A stretch of DNA of 29,396 bases, from positions 1 through 29,396 of the IMG/VR virus record IMGVR_UViG_3300020043_004884; one strand, given 5' to 3'. Below are positions 14,074-23,811 of this stretch, piece by piece. The position numbers and the translations under genes were made by a program. This DNA comes from a virus (taxonomy: Duplodnaviria; Caudoviricetes). Below the pieces are notes generated by a model, which was given only the letters and a program-made list of their open reading frames with translations, did no database searches and was not told where the DNA came from. The stretch's first letter is position 1. The number at the start of each line of letters is the position of its first letter.

Positions 14074-16764
14074 TTAGGGATTTGCGCGGCCAAGTGATGT
14101 CTGGAAGGTATCGACAATCGCCCGCCATGCGGTGCGCTCGGCGGCGGAAAGTCCCGTGAATGCAGCCACCATGCGGAGGTTGGCATTCGTAAATCCGGAC
14201 GCGCTGCCCGATGCGTTGCGGGCGAGGACATACATCGGGGATGTCCACGGGGCCACGGATGCCGCCGTGTTGGTCGCATCGGTTGCATTGACCGATCCGA
14301 CGTAATCAGCCGAACCTGTGCGCGTAACGAAGAAGTGCTTGCGTGCATCTCCGCCGTATCCTCCGCCGTTGCCGTCGCTGGTGGTATTGGCGGCGATGGC
14401 AAGCCCGCCTCCCGAGAATCCAAGCAGCGCACGGCTGGTTGTGCCGTTGGTGGCTCCCATCATGTAACGGCTCGTCGTCGGGCTGGTGGTCGAGCAATAA
14501 GCGTAAAGCGAGAAGCTGTTTTGCGCGGCATCCGCCATATCAAAGGCCGATATGCCGAAGCCTGTCGATCCGTCTCCGGTAATGCCGTTCGCGTCGTGCG
14601 TTACCCCGGTTGTCCATGCGCCCGAGTTGGTGACATCAAAGGCGTTTTTCAGATCCTTGCTGTGTGCCGTTGCCGTGCCTCCCGCCACCGGGAGAATGAA
14701 ATAAGCCTTGCTCCAGAGCGTCCCGGTTCCGTCCACGTTCGACGCTTTCAGTGAGATAGCCAGATCATTCAGAGCGTCGATGATTCCCGGGTCGGAGATG
14801 TTGGCGCGGCCTGCGTCGATGAATGCGGACACATCGGAATCCGTAGGGGTCGTTTTCCCTTTGAAAATGTCCCAGTAGAAATAGGTGCCGTCATATTCCC
14901 AGTCCAGCCTGTCGGTCATGGCGGCGGTCGTGCTCAGGGCGAATGCGGGATCTTTGATGGAATTGCTTGGTAGGGTAAGTGTCCGCGATCCTGTTGGGTC
15001 TTGCTTTACGAATATCCGCCCGCGCATCCCGGCTTCCGCGCCGCTGATAACAAGATTGCAGTTCTGAGTAATCCGCACCTTGGCGACTTGGATCGTTTTG
15101 TATTTCGAGCACGTCTGCGTGATCGTCGCGCCATCCGTTAGAGTCACAAAAGCCGGAGCCTTCCCAGTCTCCCAAAGTCCGCTTGCCGACAGCTCGAAAT
15201 GGGTAGTGCCTTCCGGGTTGCCCTTGGTGTATGTGCCACCGCCGCCCGAGAACCCATCGACGGGGCCGCTCGCCGGGTTTTCGGCAAGGTTGATTCGGAG
15301 AATCGTTTCATTGGTGGATGACGATAGCGATGTCGCCTGCATGATGGCGTATCCGGTCGTCTCGGAGCCGCCGTTGTAGCGCTTGGTCTGGAACGTGATC
15401 GCCTTGCTGGGCTTGATCGTATCCGCTGCGCTGGACGATCCTGATACGATATGAAGGCATTGGGCATCCCGCGCACTGGCATTGTTCCCGAACTGGACGG
15501 GGCCGACCGTAATAAAGGCCATACGCCAGACGCTATCGAAAATCGCCTCTCCGCCGTTGAGGTCATGCCCACGCCAATGCCGGATTGCGAAAGTCGCGGT
15601 TCCGGTGGCTGGGTCGCGCCACACCAGTCCCTGCTGGTCTGGAATGTAGATGTTGCCGATGTCCTCAAACGAGGAGGAAAGGTAATTGCCGGATTCGCGG
15701 TTGTCGTATGGGCCGGTGATGAAGTCGCCGCTTGCGTCGGCCTGGAATACCTTCGATGCGCCGCCCTCTGTGGAAAGCTGCGATGTCTGGACGGATGTCT
15801 CGGTGAGCGCAACCGTTCCCGATGCGTCCGGCAGCAACACGGCGCGGTTTGCAGTCAGTGTCGCAGCGGCTCCGATGGTCTGGCTGTATGCCCCGCGAAG
15901 CCACCCGAACAAGCCCGAGACACGGGCAACGAATGAGCGGTTGTCTCCGGTGTCTCCGAACTCAGCGTGGTAGGTTCCTGCGGTGGATGTGAAATGTCCG
16001 CCCGATCCGTTCGTTGACGATCCCTCTATGGCGTCGGAATCGAGGGATGTGGCGTCAACTGCCGGAGACGTCGCTCCTCCCGTTGTATTCGCAAACGCAA
16101 CCTGACCGCCCGCTCCGCGCTTAGCCACGGTGTTTGCGGTTGCCGATGTGGTCGCGTCGGTGATGTCGGCGGATACGTGGGTGTGGGATGCGGTGGCGAA
16201 ATCCCCGGTGTTGGAGGTTGCTGCGGTTCCTAGTCCGAGGTTGTCGCGGGCTTGTGTTTTCTGCGGGCTTGTTAGGGTCTGCGCCGCGTCATACACCACG
16301 GCACGGGCGCGGACGTATGCGTCAGGGTCGGGCATTGCCGATGGCGTGCCTTCGTTTCCCCGGATGATGTCATTGCCCATGATGACGGGGATGACATCGC
16401 TTTTGTGCGTCCCGCCGTCGTCGGTGATGACGAGTTGCGCGTAGAGCTTTAGTGAAAAATCCGTGCCAAGCAAATCGGATAGATCCTCCCCGGCGAGTTC
16501 AAGCGTGCCGGTGTAGATGTCGCTCGCCTCGGAGAAATCGCCGGGTTCGATGATGGCCAGGGTATCGGTTAGCTCTCCCGGTGTCGCCTTGATTCCGAAC
16601 GTGACGCTTGCGGTTCCGGTTGCCGTCCATGCCGTGCCGTTATCCTGGATGCTGATGGCCATTTCCCGATCTTCGTCACGCATGAATCTGAGTGATCGCA
16701 ACGGGCGCAAGCTGCCGGAAGCGTCAACGAACTGGCGAAGGGTGCGGTCGTAGAAATAGTTCAT
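14074..16764 (-). CDS. Tail fibre / receptor-binding protein
   Basis: 896 aa, rich in T/G/S/A, with QARDNLGLGTAAT and HTHVSADITD fibre motifs, a TLTDGATI...KQDPTGSRTLT module and a beta-rich C-terminal domain. Confidence 0.8.
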   Translation of the reverse strand: MNYFYDRTLRQFVDASGSLRPLRSLRFMRDEDREMAISIQDNGTAWTATGTASVTFGIKATPGELTDTLAIIEPGDFSEASDIYTGTLELAGEDLSDLLGTDFSLKLYAQLVITDDGGTHKSDVIPVIMGNDIIRGNEGTPSAMPDPDAYVRARAVVYDAAQTLTSPQKTQARDNLGLGTAATSNTGDFATASHTHVSADITDATTSATANTVAKRGAGGQVAFANTTGGATSPAVDATSLDSDAIEGSSTNGSGGHFTSTAGTYHAEFGDTGDNRSFVARVSGLFGWLRGAYSQTIGAAATLTANRAVLLPDASGTVALTETSVQTSQLSTEGGASKVFQADASGDFITGPYDNRESGNYLSSSFEDIGNIYIPDQQGLVWRDPATGTATFAIRHWRGHDLNGGEAIFDSVWRMAFITVGPVQFGNNASARDAQCLHIVSGSSSAADTIKPSKAITFQTKRYNGGSETTGYAIMQATSLSSSTNETILRINLAENPASGPVDGFSGGGGTYTKGNPEGTTHFELSASGLWETGKAPAFVTLTDGATITQTCSKYKTIQVAKVRITQNCNLVISGAEAGMRGRIFVKQDPTGSRTLTLPSNSIKDPAFALSTTAAMTDRLDWEYDGTYFYWDIFKGKTTPTDSDVSAFIDAGRANISDPGIIDALNDLAISLKASNVDGTGTLWSKAYFILPVAGGTATAHSKDLKNAFDVTNSGAWTTGVTHDANGITGDGSTGFGISAFDMADAAQNSFSLYAYCSTTSPTTSRYMMGATNGTTSRALLGFSGGGLAIAANTTSDGNGGGYGGDARKHFFVTRTGSADYVGSVNATDATNTAASVAPWTSPMYVLARNASGSASGFTNANLRMVAAFTGLSAAERTAWRAIVDTFQTSLGRANP

Positions 16765-16827
16765 CGGGATTGGAGATTAGGTAATCGGTTGGAAGTAGCA
16801 AGTCTGATTGGATCGCAAAGTCAATTT

Positions 16828-18051
16828 TTAGGGTGGTTCCAACCAGCTTGCGAGCGTCGGATTGTGGGTAAGGACTTGACGAACCACAACAGCATCGCCG
16901 CCAACAATATCCACCTTTGCGATTTCGAAGTAAAATGTTGAAGATCCGGTTGGGACGCTTGTTCCGAATGCCAATATCACAGTGTCAGTGGTATCCGGGA
17001 ACACCCTCATGAGTTGCCCCGTATCCCCATTGGAGTCAGTGATATTAATGTCCGCCGTTGTCGCAAATGATGCGTCAATGTATCCGTAGATTGATCCCGC
17101 TCCTGTTACTGTGATGGCCGCCGCCGTTCCGTCGTAATAGTAAAACTCCTTGAGTGTAAGCGATTGCTCCACCCACGAAAGAAGCGATCCAGCAAGAACG
17201 TCAACGGTATTGTCGCCGTTGGGAACAACCTTCCACGGATGAAGGTTCGGAAAGTTGAAAGCAAGATCAACCCCGATCTCAATATCCGAATCGTTCTCCG
17301 TGATGGATATTCCGGGGCCGTAGGATAGGTATCTGAAGTCCCATCTTCCATCCGTAGCATTCCACTCCTTCATCACCCGCGCCTCTCCCGTGCTTGGTGA
17401 GGTTGTCAGGTTCTCCAGTAAGACGGGCTGGAAATGGTCGATATGCCCCGTGTGGAGCTGGTTGCATTTGAGTCTGAACGGATCGGTTTCGCTTTCGTAG
17501 TCGTCAACTATTTCCGCAATCCTGATATGCCGCGCTCCCTCCGCTCCGACCTGATCATCTCCGCCGATGAGGCTTGGCGGATCGTCGGTCGGCCATGATG
17601 TCGCAGAGTTGAAAGACGCTCCTGTCAATAGCCCATACTCGTCTATGTCTATCGTCACCCATAGCTTGCTGCCTGTTACAACGGCAAGAGGGGCGTCTAT
17701 TGTCGGCAAATCGGTGATCGCGTATGGCGCTCCTGATTGTCCGCTCGCGTTGTGCTTCGGCACTACGTGGCCGTATTGGGCGAATACTTCCCAGTCCGGC
17801 GGATCTTCGTCCGGGTCGCCGGGTTTGGCGATGAGGGTAATGTAAAGCGGGGGCTTGATGCGCTTCTTGATCTTGTCCGGGAGCGGATGGATGATCTCCA
17901 GAATCGAACCGTTCGGGCTTTCCTTGATGCGCCCGCCGACAACGGATGTAATGCGGCTGGATCGCAGGTATCGCAATACCTGCCGCGCCCATTCCAGTAT
18001 CGAGAATCCGTCCCGTGGTTCGTCAGGTAGTTTCATTCCGGTTGCTCCCAA
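16828..18051 (-). CDS. Minor tail / tail-tip protein
   Basis: Acidic, beta-rich 407-aa ORF between the tape measure block and the fibre gene. Confidence 0.6.
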   Translation of the reverse strand: MGATGMKLPDEPRDGFSILEWARQVLRYLRSSRITSVVGGRIKESPNGSILEIIHPLPDKIKKRIKPPLYITLIAKPGDPDEDPPDWEVFAQYGHVVPKHNASGQSGAPYAITDLPTIDAPLAVVTGSKLWVTIDIDEYGLLTGASFNSATSWPTDDPPSLIGGDDQVGAEGARHIRIAEIVDDYESETDPFRLKCNQLHTGHIDHFQPVLLENLTTSPSTGEARVMKEWNATDGRWDFRYLSYGPGISITENDSDIEIGVDLAFNFPNLHPWKVVPNGDNTVDVLAGSLLSWVEQSLTLKEFYYYDGTAAAITVTGAGSIYGYIDASFATTADINITDSNGDTGQLMRVFPDTTDTVILAFGTSVPTGSSTFYFEIAKVDIVGGDAVVVRQVLTHNPTLASWLEPP

Positions 18052-18812
18052 AAGATTTCGTCCTTGTCGTGGAGGATTTTCTTAGCCCCCATCCATTCCT
18101 CAACACGCTCCCACCGCGTCCTCTTGCCGACCGTGACATGGCGATCTGCCGTCTTGCGAAACTCGTATCCGGCGGGCTTGCGCGGAAACCCGGCAGGGTC
18201 GTCTTTCTGGCCGGCAATTGATTCGGGAGGCGGACCGCCTGTGTAAGTTGATGTCTTTCGAAGGACGGGCGCGAAGTCCTCAAACGTCTCTTGTCCGAGT
18301 TCGATTCCACGGGCGAAAAGTTTGGCGTTGTCGCTCAATACTCCGGCGTATGATCCCGGCTCCTTCGGGTCTTCGAAATAGTAGAGCGCCTTGAGTTCCG
18401 CAATCGTGGTGATCTTCCACATCTCAAGCTGGGCGATGTCGGATTCAAGTAGCGCCGATCCAGCCCCGCCGCCGATTGCGAACTGCGGGTGTTCATACAT
18501 GCTGCGCCCTACCAATGCCCATTCAATTTCGAAAGTCTCGCTTTCAAGGGTTCCGTCCTCCTCCGGGCTTTCCGTGATCAGTTCTACTATGATTGTAAGC
18601 TCTGAAGTGGAATCAAGCCCATCTGCCGGGATTAGGGAGTGGCTTCGAACCGTCCCTTCAAAATCTCCCCATAATGCACCGATTGCTGGGATGGCCGGTT
18701 CCAACGTCGCGGTTGGGCCAACGTATTCAATACGTGTGGTCTTGCCGTTTTCGTTGGTTTCCGGCTTGGGGAATCCAGGCTTACGGTATGCGGATATGCT
18801 TTCTGCTGCCAT
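18033..18812 (-). CDS. Minor tail protein (distal-tail position)
   Basis: Directly after the tape measure gene. Confidence 0.6.
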   Translation of the reverse strand: MAAESISAYRKPGFPKPETNENGKTTRIEYVGPTATLEPAIPAIGALWGDFEGTVRSHSLIPADGLDSTSELTIIVELITESPEEDGTLESETFEIEWALVGRSMYEHPQFAIGGGAGSALLESDIAQLEMWKITTIAELKALYYFEDPKEPGSYAGVLSDNAKLFARGIELGQETFEDFAPVLRKTSTYTGGPPPESIAGQKDDPAGFPRKPAGYEFRKTADRHVTVGKRTRWERVEEWMGAKKILHDKDEIFWEQPE

Positions 18813-18815
18813 TGG

Positions 18816-20021
18816 TTAGAAGGTTGCTTCGGGTTCTTTCTGCTCGATTTTTTCAAGGACACGGGCGATCTTTTCCAATACGGTTAGTTGTTTGCCCTGC
18901 ATGTCCTTTGCGGGGGATGCGGAAAGGGAAAGTCCGCGCCTTTGGTAGTCGTCAAATTCGGGGGTAAATGATCTCGGCTTGCTGATTGTCGACGCTTTTT
19001 TTGCAATGCTCGATGCCGGATCAATGTAATCCGGTGAGTTCGCGTATTCGAACATCCGCGCCTTTTCGTAAGCCGCGTCGGCTTCGCGTTGGCGGTTGCG
19101 CTCATCCACCGCAGCTTTGTCTTGATTGTCTAGGTCGGCTTGCTCTGCCGCGAATCTCCGGTATGCGTCAATCGGTGTTTCGCCAACTCCCATTTGGGTG
19201 AATGAATTAAATAAGGTGGCAAGGAATTTGTTCTGCTTAATTATCGCCCCAGACAATGCGTCACCAAGATTCTTGCCGATGTTTGTAAAGTCGAACCCGT
19301 CGATCATCTCCAGTGACGGGATGATATTGCCGATAACTCCCGCCGTGAATCCGGCAAAGAACTGGTCAGACTTATTTGGAAACCTTCCAAGTAAGTCCCC
19401 GGCGTGATCCATCTCGCCCGCAAACTCGGCCATGAGTTCCGGCATTTTGCCCAGGCTGCGGTTGATGGAGTCGAGATCCGATCCGTCGAAAACGGCAAGC
19501 AGGCTGCCTCCGCTCTTGCCGAAAATATCCATCGCCCTTGCAGCTCGTTCGGTCGGGTTGCGGATTGATTTGATTGCTTGGCCGATCTTGAAAAACTGCT
19601 CGTCCGGCTCCATCATCATCAGCTTTTCCGCACTGAGTCCGATCTTGGCGAATGGGTCTGATGTGCTACCCTCATCTTTGGATGCTGCGGCGATTGCCTT
19701 CTGCATCTTGTTGATGTCCTTGCCTGCCGCCGACGCTTCCTTGCCGTTGTCCTTGTAGGCTTGTTGGATGCGCATCAGATCGTCAATGGCGACGCCGGTC
19801 TGGGCTGACAGGTCGGTGAGTTCGCCGCCCATATCAATCGTGCGCTTCACGCCAACGGCTAATCCGGCTGCAAGAGCGGATCCTGCCATCGCCCCATATT
19901 TCACAGCCGCTGATCCGAACGCTTTTAGTCTCGCGCCCGCCACCTTCATCCCGGCAACGAATTTCTTATCTCGAAGAGTCAACTCCGCGAAAATGCCGCC
20001 GATACTGGATGATCTTGCCAT
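18816..20021 (-). CDS. Tail tape measure protein (short, 401 aa)
   Basis: IGGIFAELTL...F..GM, LTDLSAQTGV, ERAARAMDIFGKSG..LL; follows the chaperone pair. Confidence 0.85.
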   Translation of the reverse strand: MARSSSIGGIFAELTLRDKKFVAGMKVAGARLKAFGSAAVKYGAMAGSALAAGLAVGVKRTIDMGGELTDLSAQTGVAIDDLMRIQQAYKDNGKEASAAGKDINKMQKAIAAASKDEGSTSDPFAKIGLSAEKLMMMEPDEQFFKIGQAIKSIRNPTERAARAMDIFGKSGGSLLAVFDGSDLDSINRSLGKMPELMAEFAGEMDHAGDLLGRFPNKSDQFFAGFTAGVIGNIIPSLEMIDGFDFTNIGKNLGDALSGAIIKQNKFLATLFNSFTQMGVGETPIDAYRRFAAEQADLDNQDKAAVDERNRQREADAAYEKARMFEYANSPDYIDPASSIAKKASTISKPRSFTPEFDDYQRRGLSLSASPAKDMQGKQLTVLEKIARVLEKIEQKEPEATF

Positions 20022-20337
20022 TTATTTGTTTCGTTTCTGGGCTTGAATTGCGGCGACTTGCGCCATTGCTTTTACTAGGTTGACTTGTCCTTTCGTGCTT
20101 CTCTTCTTGGTCGGTATGAAGTCATCGTGTCGTGGTTTCCTGCCGTTGATTTTCACTCCGTGAATCAGGCAATGGTTGAGCATGTCCGATGCTATATCGG
20201 ATAGCTCCCGTTGCCGTTTTTTCTCCCATGCCTTTAGATACGCTTCGCATTGCTCCGGGTGGGATTGGTTCCATTCATCCGCCTTTATTCCGAGTTCGAT
20301 CCGGGCGAAGGCGATTTCGTCAAACTCCTTTTTTTTT
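20022..20337 (-). CDS. Tail assembly chaperone gpT-like extension reached by -1 frameshift (not in the ORF track)
   Basis: Run of 9 A at 20329-20337. The -1 frame reads KEFDEIAFARIELGIKADEWNQSHPEQ...DDFIP...QKRNK and stops right before the TMP ATG. Confidence 0.8.
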
Positions 20338-20638
20338 CAGCGTCAACCGCCATCTCGCCGTAGAGCTTCGCCAGTGCCTCGCCAAGCTGTAGCCCTTCGG
20401 TTTCCTGGTCGATTGCTACAAACAAATCTTCCGGCGTGGTATATGCCGTCAACTCGGCGGGGGGGAGGAAAGCCCAAAGGAGCTTGCAAGCTGCCGCGTC
20501 CCGCGTGCGTGCACCTGTAAGCTCCCTCTGCGTGGGATGTCCACCGATCAGGCTCAAGCGGTAGTGAAACCGCTTGGCCGTCTCCTGCGTCCATCTCAGG
20601 GCGATTTCCCGCCCGCCGATCTTTACGGGGAATTCCAT
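20285..20638 (-). CDS. Tail assembly chaperone gpG-like
   Basis: VKIGGREIALRWT at the start; ends after AEKK at the slippery site. Confidence 0.8.
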   Translation of the reverse strand: MEFPVKIGGREIALRWTQETAKRFHYRLSLIGGHPTQRELTGARTRDAAACKLLWAFLPPAELTAYTTPEDLFVAIDQETEGLQLGEALAKLYGEMAVDAEKKRSLTKSPSPGSNSE

Positions 20639-20641
20639 GGA

Positions 20642-21028
20642 TTAGGCGGCGATGACTACTGCTCCGGTGATTTTGCACGAGCATGAAAAGTCAACCGTAT
20701 CGTCGAGAGGGTTCGACAGGTTGAACGCGCCGATGATCGCGGATAAGGTCGCGGTGGAGTCGCCGGAATCGTTGTATGTGACAACAAACGCGGCGGTGTC
20801 GCCGGTTCCTGCAATCAGTGCCAGCTGCCCGCCGTCGGCAATGTCGTATTTACCGGAGAGTTCAAGCGTGCCGTAATCGACAAGCCCGCCGACGAAGGTG
20901 TGAGCGGCTGATCCTTGTGTGGTGGTTTGGATGTTGTTCACATCGCCGCCGCTGATATTGACATCGACAAGCCCGCCGATTGCGGTTCCGCCGACGGTGA
21001 CTGTTACGCCGTTTGATTTAGTAGCCAT
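20642..21028 (-). CDS. Major tail tube protein
   Basis: FVGGLVDYGTLELSGKYD...CKITG tube pattern and position. Confidence 0.85.
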   Translation of the reverse strand: MATKSNGVTVTVGGTAIGGLVDVNISGGDVNNIQTTTQGSAAHTFVGGLVDYGTLELSGKYDIADGGQLALIAGTGDTAAFVVTYNDSGDSTATLSAIIGAFNLSNPLDDTVDFSCSCKITGAVVIAA

Positions 21029-21046
21029 GGTATTGTTCTTTCTGTT

Positions 21047-21436
21047 TTAGGAGTTGGTTTTGCAAGATGCGCGGAGTTCCAAGGTTTCGGCAAACAGGTT
21101 CGTTTCTTGATCCCGTTGGCTCGATTCATTGGAAAATGACAGCCAGCACTCGGACGCACCGGGGAGAGTGAATCCCTCCAATGCTGCGCGGAGTTTTGCG
21201 GCGAGGTTGACTGCGGCGATCCGTGAGGTATGCCAGCAGTCGAATTGTAAGAGAGGGTGTATGATGTCCCGCGTCCCGTCGTGGGCGGTGGTGCCACCGC
21301 TGGAAATCACGTTCCAGACGATAAACGGTGCGGCTGCGGCTCCCGGTGCTACGTCGGGATATACACGCGTTCCCACCAATGCCGCAACTGCGGTATCGGC
21401 AATGATCGCTTCATATATGTCCTCTTGGTAGCTCAT
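21047..21436 (-). CDS. Tail terminator/completion protein (DUF3168-like)
   Basis: LVGTRVYPDVAP....PFIV...QFDCW...LRAALEG. Confidence 0.85.
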   Translation of the reverse strand: MSYQEDIYEAIIADTAVAALVGTRVYPDVAPGAAAAPFIVWNVISSGGTTAHDGTRDIIHPLLQFDCWHTSRIAAVNLAAKLRAALEGFTLPGASECWLSFSNESSQRDQETNLFAETLELRASCKTNS

Positions 21437-21969
21437 GCTGCGTTTGCTTTTTTGGCGAGTCGGCGGGCGGTGCGGTGAAGGTATTTTTCCAATCCGTCGC
21501 TCATCGCTTTGAGTGTTTCGCCCTTGGCAGAATCAATGGCTGGGCGGATGAATGGTTGTGGGCGGCTGTGGCGTGATCCACGCTCGACAAGGTGGGAATA
21601 ATACCGCGGGTCTTTGAATGTCTCTACCATGGTTCCTGCTTTTGCGGCGACGATCTTTCCGAGCTTGCGGCTTTTTGCTACGAGGTCTTGACGTAGTTTT
21701 CGCTTACCCATCGAAACCCTGAATCCGCTACGTGCGCCGATGCGAGCGGATACAACGCTTCCTACTTTTTTGACGTTCACTCCGATTGACTTTTTCAGGA
21801 GTCCGGCAGCCTTGCCTTTTCCTACTGGCGCTTTCCGTTTTGCAGCGCGGGCAATAGGTCGCGCTCCAGCTGCAAGAACTGCTTTCTCTGCCGACTTCAA
21901 AAACTGTGGCGGAAGATTGTGGATTGTCTTCCTTAGTTCTTTTATGCCTCTGACATTTATGGAGATCAT
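21433..21969 (-). CDS. HK97 gp10-like neck protein (probable start ATG 21969)
   Basis: VRGIKEL...AP...GLLKKSI...YSHLVERG...PQPFIRPAID. Confidence 0.88.
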   Translation of the reverse strand: MISINVRGIKELRKTIHNLPPQFLKSAEKAVLAAGARPIARAAKRKAPVGKGKAAGLLKKSIGVNVKKVGSVVSARIGARSGFRVSMGKRKLRQDLVAKSRKLGKIVAAKAGTMVETFKDPRYYSHLVERGSRHSRPQPFIRPAIDSAKGETLKAMSDGLEKYLHRTARRLAKKANAA

Positions 21970-22295
21970 GTGATTGATTGGTTCCAAACTGCGGTGATGA
22001 GGAGGCGGTTTGATCTGCCCATCTCCTCTTGAATGTGGCGGATGTCGTAAATCTTGGATTGGTAGGAAACGCGGTGTGTATTGCTGGCGATTCCCGTCCG
22101 GTATCGGATGCGGAATTGCCTTGTCTCTTGGCTGCGGTCTGCGTCGGCGATGGCGGATTCGTTGCCTGCTTGCCGAGGGATTTCCGCCCATACGGAAAAC
22201 TGATCTTCCCATGTTTCGGTAACGCCTCCAACTGCGTCACGCGTAACCACGGAACGCTGGATGATAATCCGCCGATCCATTGCGCCAGGGTTCAT
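21966..22295 (-). CDS. Head closure protein (SPP1 gp16-like)
   Basis: MNPGAMDRRIIIQ...D..GG...W....VWAEI...FRIRYR...YDI. Confidence 0.9.
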   Translation of the reverse strand: MNPGAMDRRIIIQRSVVTRDAVGGVTETWEDQFSVWAEIPRQAGNESAIADADRSQETRQFRIRYRTGIASNTHRVSYQSKIYDIRHIQEEMGRSNRLLITAVWNQSIT

Positions 22296-22906
22296 CCGAC
22301 ATGCCCCCTTTCGCGGTGATGGTTAAGCAGGGCGTGGAGTGTCTGTGGGATGGGCATAAGGTTGACGGGCGCGACTGGTAGGCGGTTTTCATACCAGTTG
22401 GCCGCAAGCAACTTGATGGCGTGGCGAAGGCTTGGGGATACGTCCGATGCGTCGGCATGTCCGGCGATAAACTCGATCTGGACCGCATCAGGGCGGGTCG
22501 TGTTGAGGTCGGGGAAATCGTAGGCAGAAGCGAATACAACGCCTCCCGGTTGGTACGCGGTGATCACCGAATAGCTGCCGGATGAAACGGTGGTGAGCGA
22601 GCTTGCGTCCTCGGTAATGTATTTCACCGACGAGACGGAAATAAGCGGGGTCTTTTCGAGTTGGATGAAATATCCATCGCCGCTTACCGCTTTGATGTCA
22701 TCCCATGTTGGCGAGGTCAGGCGATACGTTGCCGACAAGGTGCATTTGCCTGTGATGTTTTCAACGTATTCGCGGGCTGCTGCGATTAGGTCAAGTAGGT
22801 AAAGCTCATCCTCGTCCGAATCCACGCGCAGATGCTCGGCAAGCTCGTCGTAAGAGACGGGGCTGGCCGATGCGGTAACGAGTGAGTATTTCGGGCGGAT
22901 GGACAT
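22292..22906 (-). CDS. Head-tail connector (HK97 gp6-like)
   Basis: PVS..EL.EHLRVD..ED...LI.AAREYVE...AIKLLAANWYENR. Confidence 0.9.
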   Translation of the reverse strand: MSIRPKYSLVTASASPVSYDELAEHLRVDSDEDELYLLDLIAAAREYVENITGKCTLSATYRLTSPTWDDIKAVSGDGYFIQLEKTPLISVSSVKYITEDASSLTTVSSGSYSVITAYQPGGVVFASAYDFPDLNTTRPDAVQIEFIAGHADASDVSPSLRHAIKLLAANWYENRLPVAPVNLMPIPQTLHALLNHHRERGHVG

Positions 22907-23728
22907 TTACTTGGCTTTCTTGCGGGCTTGCGGGCGTGGCATTGAGGCGGTTTCCGGCGTTTCGATCACCGCTGATTCAATGATCGGCTTTTCGGCGGGC
23001 GGTGAGTAAGGCTCCGCGCACCGATTTGATACCAGTTCCCCGGCAACCTTCGGGGAGAAGGATGCGATTTCGCCAAGGTAATACGGCTTTGCTTCCGCGA
23101 AACAGTTCTTGGTCATCTTTACAAATACTCGTCCGTCGTTTTGCATGGTGTGCGTTTGGTTGTGGAATTTAAGGGTCATGCCCATGATCTTCGCCGCGTC
23201 GATAGCCGCGCTCCTGATTGCGTCGTAGTCCTTCGCGTGGTCTTGCCTGAGTCGGGTTCTCCAGATGTATCCGGGCGCGTGCTGCCCTCCACCGTCGATG
23301 CCGACAAGGTGAAGTTCGCGGATTCCCATGATGCGGATGATTTGCAACGCGCTGCCAAGCGTGCCTCTCCTGATCGAAAGGCATTCAGCGAGTTTGTGAG
23401 GTGGATATGTGAGGCGTTCATCCTCGCTATCGTCCTTGAAGGTGACGACTTCGCAAGCAACTGCCCCCGGTTTTGTTGAGTCGTATTCGTGCAGGCAGCG
23501 GGATGGCTGGAAAAGGATATGATGCGGCTCGTATGCGTCTGACCACTTGGCAACGCCGTCATTAGCGAAACCATAAGCACAATCAGGAATGTGAGCGATG
23601 ACATCATTTATTGCGAACCGGATTGATCCGGCGGTTTTGAAATCGAATGTGGAAAGGGATGGCCCCTTGCCGAATATCCATGCTGTTTCCCCTTCGTGCT
23701 TTCCTAGAAAGTCTGAGAGTTGCCGCAT
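22907..23728 (-). CDS. DUF115/Maf-like (glycosyltransferase-related) domain fused to a small virion-protein-like C-terminal domain
   Basis: AWIFGKGPSL, FAIN, MGIRELHLVGIDG. The C-terminal segment is VKMTK...YYLGEIASF...AGELV....AE followed by a P/K-rich tail. Confidence 0.65.
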   Translation of the reverse strand: MRQLSDFLGKHEGETAWIFGKGPSLSTFDFKTAGSIRFAINDVIAHIPDCAYGFANDGVAKWSDAYEPHHILFQPSRCLHEYDSTKPGAVACEVVTFKDDSEDERLTYPPHKLAECLSIRRGTLGSALQIIRIMGIRELHLVGIDGGGQHAPGYIWRTRLRQDHAKDYDAIRSAAIDAAKIMGMTLKFHNQTHTMQNDGRVFVKMTKNCFAEAKPYYLGEIASFSPKVAGELVSNRCAEPYSPPAEKPIIESAVIETPETASMPRPQARKKAK

Positions 23729-23751
23729 GGGTTGTTTTTCTTTTGGGTGAA

Positions 23752-23784
23752 TCCTAGCGGGAGGGATTGAACCTCCCGCTAGGA
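23752..23784 (-). terminator. 13-bp hairpin after the major capsid gene (weak U tract: leaky terminator or stabilising stem)
   Basis: TCCTAGCGGGAGG-gattgaa-CCTCCCGCTAGGA. Confidence 0.65.
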
Positions 23785-23811
23785 CAACATTAACACGATC
23801 CAAGGAGAGGA

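Noticed and set aside
14070-14432. N-terminal extension of ORF 13902-14432
   Set aside because: It overlaps the fibre gene out of frame; the signal peptide begins at ATG 14069.
14074-16764. Diversity-generating retroelement or invertible fibre cassette
   Set aside because: No reverse transcriptase, invertase or TR/VR repeat pair was seen.
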